DNA of 63,869 bases, from the IMG/VR virus record IMGVR_UViG_3300020469_000047, positions 1 to 63,869 of that record; one strand, 5' to 3'. Of this stretch, positions 1-8,600 are shown piece by piece. The notes below the pieces were generated by a model. That model was not told the origin of the DNA and made no database searches. It worked only from the letters and a program-made list of their open reading frames with translations. Every line of letters starts with the position of its first letter. Within the stretch, counting starts at the first letter, position 1. This DNA comes from a virus (Duplodnaviria > Caudoviricetes). Both the position numbers and the translations under genes were made by a program.

Positions 1-4
1 AGGT

Positions 5-10
5 TATAAT
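5..10 (+). promoter_or_regulatory. Probable sigma70-like early promoter -10 box (the -35 would lie outside the window)
   Basis: TATAAT at 5-10, 28 nt upstream of the ATG at 39. Confidence 0.5.
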
Positions 11-38
11 ATTAGTATAAATCAGTTCAGTTTTTATT

Positions 39-248
39 ATGTTTACATACACAGTCACCGCTTATAACAAGTTCGGCGAACCAATGGTAAGAGAGTTTAC
101 CACAGACACTTGGGAAGCAACCGAGTTAAGTCTTAGCATGAGTGAGTGCTTCGGTTATGCTGAAGTGATCAACGACAACTTCCAAACACATGAGGGAGAG
201 TATGGTGAGAGACCAGCAGCACTAGGCGACAGACAGTACAACTTCTGA
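39..248 (+). CDS. Small acidic hypothetical protein (early-region type)
   Basis: 69-aa ORF between a -10 box and a GC-rich hairpin with T-tract. Confidence 0.75.
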   Translation: MFTYTVTAYNKFGEPMVREFTTDTWEATELSLSMSECFGYAEVINDNFQTHEGEYGERPAALGDRQYNF

Positions 249-266
249 TCCCTAGACAGCGACCCC

Positions 267-294
267 GCCCCTGACTGTATGTTGGGGGTTTTTT
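267..294 (+). terminator. Rho-independent terminator
   Basis: Stem GCCCCTGAC/GTTGGGGGT (with G-U pairs), loop TGTAT, T6 run at 289-294, just after the stop at 248. Confidence 0.6.
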
Positions 295-361
295 GATGGG
301 GGGTTCGCCCCTTAGCAAAATTAGAAAACGCTAACCTACAAAAGTATCCAAACGAGTGAGA

Positions 362-369
362 AATAAATA
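362..369 (+). promoter_or_regulatory. T4-type late promoter
   Basis: AATAAATA (NATAAATA consensus) in the intergenic region upstream of 431. Confidence 0.55.
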
Positions 370-430
370 TTAAAAGGAAAATGAAAAACCAAATTCAAAA
401 AAACCCAAAAAATTTTCCTGGTAAAAAAAC

Positions 431-697
431 ATGAAAAAAGTCGCACACCAATTTTTTGAAGATGACGGTCTAGACTACGAGGACATGCTCAATGACTTCG
501 ATAGTTTCTGTGACCAGTTTGAAAACCGTGCAGCAAAAGCATATAATGGAGGAGACCAGAACAATGGAAGAGTTATCGACCAGATTGAACGAATTGGAGA
601 AGACACTCCTATGGCAGTCCGAGAAATTAAACACCCTAGAGAGGACTTTGGAGAAACTGGCGAACCCATCATTGATGTACAAGCGACCAACGGGTGA
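431..697 (+). CDS. Acidic hypothetical protein
   Basis: 88-aa ORF, first ATG after the late promoter; overlaps the next ORF in another frame. Confidence 0.6.
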   Translation: MKKVAHQFFEDDGLDYEDMLNDFDSFCDQFENRAAKAYNGGDQNNGRVIDQIERIGEDTPMAVREIKHPREDFGETGEPIIDVQATNG

Positions 698-791
698 GGA
701 TTACGAGACTGTCGCTCAGACACTCGACTTCCTACACAATAATGTCGAAGGTCTCAAAGAAGATCTAGCAAAACTATCTCAAGCAGTTTAA
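546..791 (+). CDS. Coiled-coil hypothetical protein (start could be 492, 546 or 564)
   Basis: Heptad pattern LSTRLNELEKTL...LNTLERTLEKL; stop overlaps next ATG (TAATG at 789-793). Confidence 0.65.
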   Translation: MEETRTMEELSTRLNELEKTLLWQSEKLNTLERTLEKLANPSLMYKRPTGEDYETVAQTLDFLHNNVEGLKEDLAKLSQAV

Positions 792-967
792 TGTCACACT
801 ACACAATAGGTTATCACGACCAGCAAAGACATCACTTTGAAATCTGCGAGTATGCAGATAATACATTTGATGCAATGCAACATGCTAAGGAAGACGTTCC
901 TTTTCTGAAAGACCATCCTCAGTACATTGACGAATGTTTAAGAGAGAATGACAATACCAGCACCTAA
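791..967 (+). CDS. 58-aa His/Cys-containing small protein (not in ORF track)
   Basis: MSHYTIGYHDQQRHHFEICEYADNTFDAMQHAKEDVPFLKDHPQYIDECLRENDNTST; coupled by TAATG. Confidence 0.75.
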   Translation: MSHYTIGYHDQQRHHFEICEYADNTFDAMQHAKEDVPFLKDHPQYIDECLRENDNTST

Positions 968-1130
968 CAAATTACCTTATGATGCATGGTTTGATGATAA
1001 TCCTCTGAAGGATACAGAGTACATAGAGAAACCTGTGTATGAGTCATGCGAAATACCGATACATAAGATAATGTATGATTTTGCAACTCGTATGCTGAGT
1101 CAAATTGGAGGTTCTGAGAATGTTGATTGA
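948..1130 (+). CDS. Hypothetical protein
   Basis: 60-aa ORF tiling with its neighbours. Confidence 0.65.
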   Translation: MTIPAPNKLPYDAWFDDNPLKDTEYIEKPVYESCEIPIHKIMYDFATRMLSQIGGSENVD

Positions 1131-1266
1131 TGTAACTAAGAAAGAACTCGAAGTAATTGTGCTACAGTTATGGAAGAGTCGTAAATCTGAGAGTAACGTC
1201 AACGAAGTCTATGAGAAGATGGAACCACTTTTAAATATTTGTGATTGTAATGACAGTAAAAGTTGA
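1120..1266 (+). CDS. 48-aa hypothetical protein (not in ORF track)
   Basis: MLIDVTKKELEVIVLQLWKSRKSESNVNEVYEKMEPLLNICDCNDSKS fills the gap between ORFs. Confidence 0.6.
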   Translation: MLIDVTKKELEVIVLQLWKSRKSESNVNEVYEKMEPLLNICDCNDSKS

Positions 1267-1744
1267 AGATAATTTTTTATTACCGATACAATTTAAGAAA
1301 TTACAAGAATGGTTCATGAATGATTGTTTATGGATGTATTGTGATCATGTTGTAGATCATGATGTAGATCATCCTGATGACTTTCAGTTTATGCATTTAT
1401 TCTGGTATCCCAATCGTGGTGTTGTATCAGACAATATGAATATTATAGCACCTATTCTGGATAAACTTGATCCTTCTGTTTGGGTTAGAATCAAAGCAAA
1501 CTGTAGGTTAAAGACTGATAAGGTAAGAGTTGGTGGTATGCATACTGACGTAGGAGATTATGGACATACTACAAGTATATTCTATATTAATAGCAATGAT
1601 GGTCGTACTACTTTTGAGAACGGAGATAGATACAATAGTATAGAGAATCGTATGATAACGTTTCCTTCACACTTAAAGCATGCAGGGTCAACACCTAGCA
1701 ATGCTAAAGCACGTTTTGTAATCAACTTCAACTATTTTCAATAA
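1250..1744 (+). CDS. 2OG-Fe(II) oxygenase family protein
   Basis: HTD ... IFYINSNDG ... FPSHLKH ... RFVINFN (HxD..H triad plus 2OG-binding Arg). Confidence 0.8.
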   Translation: MTVKVEDNFLLPIQFKKLQEWFMNDCLWMYCDHVVDHDVDHPDDFQFMHLFWYPNRGVVSDNMNIIAPILDKLDPSVWVRIKANCRLKTDKVRVGGMHTDVGDYGHTTSIFYINSNDGRTTFENGDRYNSIENRMITFPSHLKHAGSTPSNAKARFVINFNYFQ

Positions 1745-2121
1745 TGGCATTTCTTATTAGTAAACAGACGAGTGATACACCATCGGTAGGTCCTTTCTGT
1801 GATTACCCTGCACAACCACTCGAAGGATCTCCATTTCCTTCACCAAATGTTCGAGTAGGTCAGATACCTGTACCGATATATGATGCAGCAAGTTTACCAA
1901 GCATAGTCAATGGCATTAGGAGAGGAATACCTCAGTGTCTTAGTACAGGAGATAGGGTGGTTACTCCAACTGTTAACACGTCAGTGTTTATTAATGGAAG
2001 GTTACCCGCTGTTCAAGGTGATAGTGCAACAATTGTTGGAATCAGTACACCTAGACCCTTGACAGCACCATGGTTAAGTAGTACAATACATATAGGAACT
2101 TCTGGAGGACAGAATATTTAA
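1744..2121 (+). CDS. PAAR-type spike tip protein (gp5.4-like)
   Basis: SPNVRVG ... SVFINGRLPAVQGD ... SSTIHIG motifs; upstream of gp25. Confidence 0.75.
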   Translation: MAFLISKQTSDTPSVGPFCDYPAQPLEGSPFPSPNVRVGQIPVPIYDAASLPSIVNGIRRGIPQCLSTGDRVVTPTVNTSVFINGRLPAVQGDSATIVGISTPRPLTAPWLSSTIHIGTSGGQNI

Positions 2122-2267
2122 TGGCAAAAGCAACAGGTGGTTGGAGTACAACAGATACTATAGAGTCAAAACCTAAGAAATCACGTCAAGGTACTGGATC
2201 ACATACCAAGTACTCTGCGACTAGTAGAAATAAAGCAAGGAAGAGATATAGAGGACAAGGTAAGTGA
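2121..2267 (+). CDS. 48-aa highly basic protein (not in ORF track)
   Basis: MAKATGGWSTTDTIESKPKKSRQGTGSHTKYSATSRNKARKRYRGQGK; TAATG and GTGA coupling at its ends. Confidence 0.8.
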   Translation: MAKATGGWSTTDTIESKPKKSRQGTGSHTKYSATSRNKARKRYRGQGK

Positions 2268-2506
2268 GTAAGAACTATATTACGAAAGTGAAGAATCAAT
2301 TTAAGTCATCTGCATATTACATGTTCTGGGGTACTGCTACTTTTGCAGTAGTTGCAGGACAACTTTATGTTGGGTCTGGCTACAGACAGATGTCTAAGTC
2401 GTTGGATGCATGGTTTGATAAGACCATCAGCATCATGATACAGAAACGTATGATAAGACAGCAGGATCCTTATAAGGAGTATTCACAAATGCCTGTGATA
2501 CAATGA
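2264..2506 (+). CDS. Small membrane protein
   Basis: GTG start overlapping previous stop; hydrophobic segment AYYMFWGTATFAVVAGQLYVG. Confidence 0.7.
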   Translation: MSKNYITKVKNQFKSSAYYMFWGTATFAVVAGQLYVGSGYRQMSKSLDAWFDKTISIMIQKRMIRQQDPYKEYSQMPVIQ

Positions 2507-2658
2507 AATGTTGGCATTGTGACACTGAACTGATCTGGGGTGGTGACTGTTCTATGGAAGAGTTGAATGATGGGGAAGAATCTGACTATGATTTCTTTTC
2601 TAACTTTCACTGTCCTAAGTGTGATTCATATGTAGAGGTATTTCACCGTAAATCATGA
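2503..2658 (+). CDS. 51-aa zinc-ribbon protein (not in ORF track)
   Basis: MKCWHCDTELIWGGD...FHCPKCDSYVEV; two CxxC pairs; ATGA overlaps on both sides. Confidence 0.8.
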   Translation: MKCWHCDTELIWGGDCSMEELNDGEESDYDFFSNFHCPKCDSYVEVFHRKS

Positions 2659-3311
2659 ATTTAATTTGTAATCTCCCTTCTGAGAAGGTGTGGGTAAGAA
2701 AAGAGTATCTTACTGACCATCAGAGTGGGTTTGGAGAATTTGTAGAGGGCGTCTGGGTAGCTTGTAAGAGTATACCTGGTCGTGCTTTTTATTTTGAGAC
2801 GTATTTGCCTGAGTATGGGGCGATGTATGATAAACTTCCTATAAGTGCCTTTCTCCGAGCACCGAAAACGCCGACGCCCGATATGAGTCTAGAGAATCTG
2901 CAATTTTGGAATTGTATGGATTATGGGGTGATGGCAATTAATAAAGGTTTCATATCTTCTATGGATGTGGAGATACGGACAAGAGACCATGGTCTGATGA
3001 AAGGTCAGTATATCTTTACATTAGATAATTATCATGCAAACCCTGATGTGATAGATAATAATGTAAGCGAAGTACCACAAGAGCATAAGAGTCATAATTG
3101 TATTCAATTAGAGAATGGACAGTATGCATTGTATCCTAATAATAGAATGCGTTTGTATGACCTCTCTATAACCCCTCAAGAACCGAAGACACCAGACTTT
3201 AAGGTTTCTACCATAGAGTACCAAGTCGAGAATGGGACTGATTGGGGGCGACTAGGAGATACTGATGATTATTTCTGGGAAACACCTAAGGAGAAAACAA
3301 ATGGTAATTAA
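2655..3311 (+). CDS. Conserved phage hypothetical protein
   Basis: 218-aa coupled ORF; NLP..VWVRKEYL, QFWNC, QEHKSHN and PNNRMR motifs recalled from cyanomyoviruses. Confidence 0.85.
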   Translation: MNLICNLPSEKVWVRKEYLTDHQSGFGEFVEGVWVACKSIPGRAFYFETYLPEYGAMYDKLPISAFLRAPKTPTPDMSLENLQFWNCMDYGVMAINKGFISSMDVEIRTRDHGLMKGQYIFTLDNYHANPDVIDNNVSEVPQEHKSHNCIQLENGQYALYPNNRMRLYDLSITPQEPKTPDFKVSTIEYQVENGTDWGRLGDTDDYFWETPKEKTNGN

Positions 3312-3480
3312 AGTAGATAAAAGTGAGGAATTTGTAAAGAGTGGTAAGAAACTCATCTCTGAGTACGATGCACTACCTCTAACAGATAAACTCGAAAAGA
3401 ATGATGATAGAGAATTGTTTGAGATGAAGAGAAAGAAGGAATTCCTTGACGAGTGCACTAACTTCAGAAAAGATGGATAA
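3301..3480 (+). CDS. Small charged hypothetical protein
   Basis: ATG at 3301 preceded by AAGGAG Shine-Dalgarno; preferred over the 3265 start. Confidence 0.7.
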   Translation: MVIKVDKSEEFVKSGKKLISEYDALPLTDKLEKNDDRELFEMKRKKEFLDECTNFRKDG

Positions 3481-3483
3481 ATA
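3476..3483 (+). promoter_or_regulatory. Late promoter for gp25/gp6/gp7
   Basis: GATAAATA 23 nt upstream of the gp25 ATG. Confidence 0.65.
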
Positions 3484-3506
3484 AAAGCAGCCAATGCTGT
3501 CTTTAA

Positions 3507-3899
3507 ATGCCAGAAGTCTCAACCTTCAAAGATTTGAGTGTTACATTCAAAAAACATCCTGTTACTGACGATTTAGTAACTGTGAAGGATAAGGCTGCTG
3601 TTGCACAATCAATAAAAGGACTATTACTTACAAGAAGAGGTGAAAGACCATTCCAACCTCAGTTGGGGAGTGGTTTACAGGATTTATTGTTTGAACCATT
3701 AGATTATGGTTCTGGAGCATTAATCAAAAAAGAAATTGTTGAGACTCTTAATAGGTATGAACCTAGAATACAGATTAGTAACCTTGAATGTTATCCTGAT
3801 GTTAGTAACAATGGATATGAAGTACTACTTGAGTATTTAATTTTAGGTAGAGACGACGAAGCAGTGGCAATAGATATATTTCTAGAGCGTACACGATAA
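3507..3899 (+). CDS. gp25: Baseplate wedge subunit gp25
   Basis: FKDLS..F..HP, T.RGERPF.P.LGS..LLFEP, YEPRI motifs. Confidence 0.95.
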   Translation: MPEVSTFKDLSVTFKKHPVTDDLVTVKDKAAVAQSIKGLLLTRRGERPFQPQLGSGLQDLLFEPLDYGSGALIKKEIVETLNRYEPRIQISNLECYPDVSNNGYEVLLEYLILGRDDEAVAIDIFLERTR

Positions 3900-5695
3900 T
3901 GCCTTATACTCAGGTTGCCAATTTAGATTTTGATAACATTAAGATTCAACTCAAAGAATATTTGAGGAGTCAGAATGATTTTACTGATTATGATTTTGAA
4001 GGGTCTGCACTAGCAACTCTGATAGACACTCTTGCTTATAATACTTACTATACAGCATTTAATACCAATATGGTAGTCAATGAGTTATTCATTGATTCAG
4101 CAACGTTGAGAGATAATGTAGTAGCATTAGCAAAGCAGTTAGGATATAGACCAAAGAGTGCAACATCTCCTACAGCATATATTTCTTTTACTGTTACATA
4201 TACAAATGCAACAACTGATAAAGAATTAAATTTAAAAGAAGGAACAGGATTTATTAGTAACTATGATAACGTAATTTACAATTATGTTGTTACTAGTGAT
4301 GTAAAAGCACAGGTAATTAATAACGTTGCAACATTTACTAATGTTCCAATTAGAGAAGGAACTGTATTGAATAGTGAATTTGTTATTAGTACAGTATCTA
4401 AGAATCAAAGATTTATATTAGATAACCCAAACATTGATACTAATACAGTTAAAGTTACTGTATATCCTGGTGGTGGCACATTTAATGAACCTTATTTGCT
4501 TGCTGATAATATCTTAGGTGTTGATGGTACATCGAAAGTGTTCTTTTTAGATGAGATTGAAGATGAGAGATATGAAATATTGATGGGTGATGGTGTTCTA
4601 GGTAAAAAGTTAGACAATAATACACGTATTGATGTATCATATTTGGCAACTGTAGGTCCTGCAAGCAATGGAGTGAAGGCATTTGTTTTTTCTGGTGTAC
4701 TAGAGAATGAAAATGGTGTTTCTCCTAATGCATTTACAACATCAATTGTATCAAGCGTTGCCTCTGCGGGTGGTGAAGCGATAGAAACTACACAAAAGAT
4801 AAAATACACTGCTCCTAAGGCATATGGCACACAAGACCGTGCAGTAACTGCTAATGACTATGAAGCAATTGTAAGAAAAGTATATCCAGCAACAAGTGAC
4901 ATCATTATATTTGGTGGAGAAGATCAAGATCCGCCAGAGTATGGTAAAGTATTCATCGTATTAAAACCAACTGATGCAAGTTATCTTACATCTTTAACTA
5001 AATCACAGATCATTGCTGATCTCAAGAAGTATGTTGTAGCTTCTGTAGAACCACGAATAGTAGATCCTTCTATTCTATTTGTTGAAATGAGTAGTAAAAT
5101 CTATTACAACAGTGGTATGACAGATCAAACTCCTGCTAATATTAGGGATAAGGTAATTTCTTCCATACAAACTTATATTGATGAGAGCGATACTGAGAAA
5201 TTTAATGGTAAGTTTAGGTATAGTAAGTTTGTAGGTGTAATAGATGATGCTGACGTCAGTATTAATTCTAATCTCACTAGTCTTACAATGAGAAAAGACT
5301 TCTATCCTCAGTTAAATTCTACATTCTATTATGAGGTATGTTTCCAAAATGCCTTTGATTCAGATTGTGATGATCCAGTCCTGTCATCTACTGGTTTTAG
5401 AGTAACTGAATATCCTAATTTTGATGTTTATGTTGAAGATAGATCTGGCAAAATTGTCCTATATAGACTAGATAATGTAACAGGTGAGAAGGTTGTCCTT
5501 GACAGCGATATCGGTGACATAGATTATGTAAAAGGTGAGTTAAAGATGTATGCCTTAACAATTATTAGAGGTAGTTTCTTTGATAATCGTATTTCATTAA
5601 AAGTAAAACCACTATCAAACGACATCAAGGCAATGCGTGAAGTTTACCTTGACGTTGATGTTCCTAATTCATCCTTCACTGCATATAAAGAGTAA
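3899..5695 (+). CDS. gp6: Baseplate wedge subunit gp6
   Basis: LDFDNIK, FTDYDFEGS, LAYNTYY, DSATLR, QDRAVTANDY, PPEYGKVFI. Confidence 0.95.
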   Translation: MPYTQVANLDFDNIKIQLKEYLRSQNDFTDYDFEGSALATLIDTLAYNTYYTAFNTNMVVNELFIDSATLRDNVVALAKQLGYRPKSATSPTAYISFTVTYTNATTDKELNLKEGTGFISNYDNVIYNYVVTSDVKAQVINNVATFTNVPIREGTVLNSEFVISTVSKNQRFILDNPNIDTNTVKVTVYPGGGTFNEPYLLADNILGVDGTSKVFFLDEIEDERYEILMGDGVLGKKLDNNTRIDVSYLATVGPASNGVKAFVFSGVLENENGVSPNAFTTSIVSSVASAGGEAIETTQKIKYTAPKAYGTQDRAVTANDYEAIVRKVYPATSDIIIFGGEDQDPPEYGKVFIVLKPTDASYLTSLTKSQIIADLKKYVVASVEPRIVDPSILFVEMSSKIYYNSGMTDQTPANIRDKVISSIQTYIDESDTEKFNGKFRYSKFVGVIDDADVSINSNLTSLTMRKDFYPQLNSTFYYEVCFQNAFDSDCDDPVLSSTGFRVTEYPNFDVYVEDRSGKIVLYRLDNVTGEKVVLDSDIGDIDYVKGELKMYALTIIRGSFFDNRISLKVKPLSNDIKAMREVYLDVDVPNSSFTAYKE

Positions 5696-5699
5696 GTAA

Positions 5700-8600
5700 A
5701 TGGTTGCTGTAAAAACGAAGAGAATTTCTACTCTAATAGAAACACAGCTTCCTGAGTTCATTAGCACAGAATACGAATTGTTTAGTAAATTCGTAACGAA
5801 GTACTATGAAGCACAGGAGGTACAAGGTGGTACGTTAGATGTTATTACAAATATCCAAAAATATGCAGACATTGATTATTATGAACAAAACATACTTAAA
5901 CAGCATGATAGTTTGGACACTAGTATCACTTCTACTGATACTACAATTATACTACAAGATGCAACGAGTTTTCCAGAACAAAACGGATACGTCAAAATAG
6001 ATGACGAAATAATATTATATGCAACTAGAACAGATACTACATTAGAAGGATGTACTAGAGGTGTTAGTGGTAATACAAAAATTGGAGATTTATACAGCGA
6101 GAGTAATTTTGTAAGTACAACTTCTGCAGCACATGCTTCTGGTCAAAAAGTTTACAATATCAGTAATCTTTTCTTATATGCTTTTGTCAAGAATTTTGAG
6201 AAGCAATACTTAGGTTCATTTCCTGAGAAATATCTTAGAGGTAATGTAGATAAGAGAACTTTAATTAAAAATATACAAAAGTTCTATAAAGCAAAGGGTA
6301 CTGATAGTTCAATCAAGTTTATTTTTAATACTCTTGTTGATGAAGATAAAGACACAAACGCACGTTCAAACTTAGCACAGTTTGAATGGTTTATTAAATC
6401 TGAATTTGATAACGTTGCAATAAATGTTACAAGTCCTACTGGTCAATTCTTAGTTGGAGATAGATTGAATGAGACTGGTGGTAATGCTAGTGGCGAAATT
6501 GCTAAGATTGTTAGAAATGATCAGAACGAAATTACAAGGTTATATTTAAGACAACTATCGGGTTCATTTTCTCTTGGAGATAATGTAACAGGTCCTACTG
6601 GATCATCATTTACTGCAAGTACAGTTACATCATTCCCTAATGGTATTTTCTATATTGACTTCGGTCAATTCGCACGTATCTTTGGTCCTTTTGAAACTGG
6701 CAAATACTACCTTGCACCAGAAGGTATAATAATGAGGCAGAACTGGCAAATCATATGGAACCAGTCTGATCCTTCTAATCTACCAATGCCTGTGCATCCA
6801 CAGGGACATCCAATGAAGTTTAGTACCACTAGAGAGGGTACATTACTTGGTGGTCAATTATATTACAACACTGCTCTTGTGAATGGTGTTAAAACAAATT
6901 ACACTAATGAATTCCAACCAGAATTCATGATGGATCAAGGTGAGTCTAATAAGATTTACTATTACTGTGCTTATCATCGTTATATGTCAGGTCTTGACGG
7001 TGATGAAGGTTACATGACCCTAGTAACGGGTGGTGGAAGAGAACCTAAGATTGTAAAACCTGAGGTGTATAAACCAAGAGACTTTACATACAAATCATCT
7101 AATGCTGATTGGATTAATGTATATGCACTTAAGTGTAAAGTAATATCTGGTGACGTAAAGAATTTGGTAGGAAAGAAAATTGTTCAGTCTGATACAGTTG
7201 AGTATGATTATGCAGATGCTGTTGTAGATAATGTATATGCAGATGGAACTAGAGATGGAGAAGTAATTTATAATATTATTCTAGCATCAGAAACCGTTAA
7301 TGGTACATTTGGTGTCTCAACTAAGACTCAACTTGAGAAAGTATTAACAGGTACTGCAACAGCAGAAGGACAAAGAATTGATGTATTCTCTACTACTGGA
7401 TGGGATTCTACAGGATCACTTTTAATAGGTGATGAGACAATTACATTCAGTGATAAGAATGTAACTCAATTTATTATTGATGATAGATTAGCACAAACTG
7501 CTGTACAGCATGAAGTAGGCACACCAGTATACAAACCAGTTACTATAGTAGGATCTGGTGTCACACTATTGACAATGGGTATTGTATATAATTTACAACC
7601 ATCAGATTCACATCCATATTCTGCTATAGGAGATAAGATACAAGTATCTAATCCTGGCTTTGAAACTTCTGATTCTAAGATTGTAAATGTAGGTACAAAC
7701 CAGACTAGATGGTTGTTGGGAACTGGTGCTGCAGTAAATGTTCCTACATTACCAACAGTTGCTACTTCGTTAAATCAAGTATCAACAGACGTATCTGCTA
7801 TACTTGCAGATGATCAGTATTATTACATTGCTAGTTCTAGTTTCCCATCACATAAAATTTTAGATGGTTCTAGTGTTACACAAACAGTATTAGATCAGAA
7901 ACTTCTTCGTATTATAAGAAAGCAAGCAACTAGAACTACAGAGACATATCCTACACCTAAGAGAGATATAGGTATTGGATTAAATGGTGTTCCTTTCTAT
8001 GGTCATAAAGATCCAGAAAGTATTAGATATGGAAAATTAGAACAAATTAAAGTTGACCTTCGTGGAACTGGATATGTAAGACCACCTTTTGTTTTAATTG
8101 ATCAAGTTCCTAATAAAGCGAGAGCAATACTTGCTGGACAAGTTGTAGAAAGTATCACTGTAGATACTACTGATATATTTCCTAGAACTCCTGATGTAAT
8201 TATTACATCTGGTAGAAATGCTTCTGTTCGTGCTGTAGTAACTGGTGGTAAAGTAACAAGTTTAATAATTGATAATGCTGGTGAGTTCTACTCTTCACCT
8301 CCAACAATTAATGTTAGAGATAATGCTGGTAGAGGTAGGTTTGCTGAGTTTGAAGCAGTCGTTAATACTGATGGACAGATTACTGGATTTGATAAGATTG
8401 CAGAAGGTAATTTTTATAGTCAAGATACCGTAATTGTTGATGTAGTACCAGTGGGAAGTGGAGCAAGTGGTTTACCTCTTCTTAAAGAATGGAATTACAA
8501 TAGATATAAAAAATTAGAATCTAAACTAGATACAGAGAATGGATACGTTTTTGATAATTACAATAACGTATTAGAATATGGTTATGGTTATTCTGCAAAC

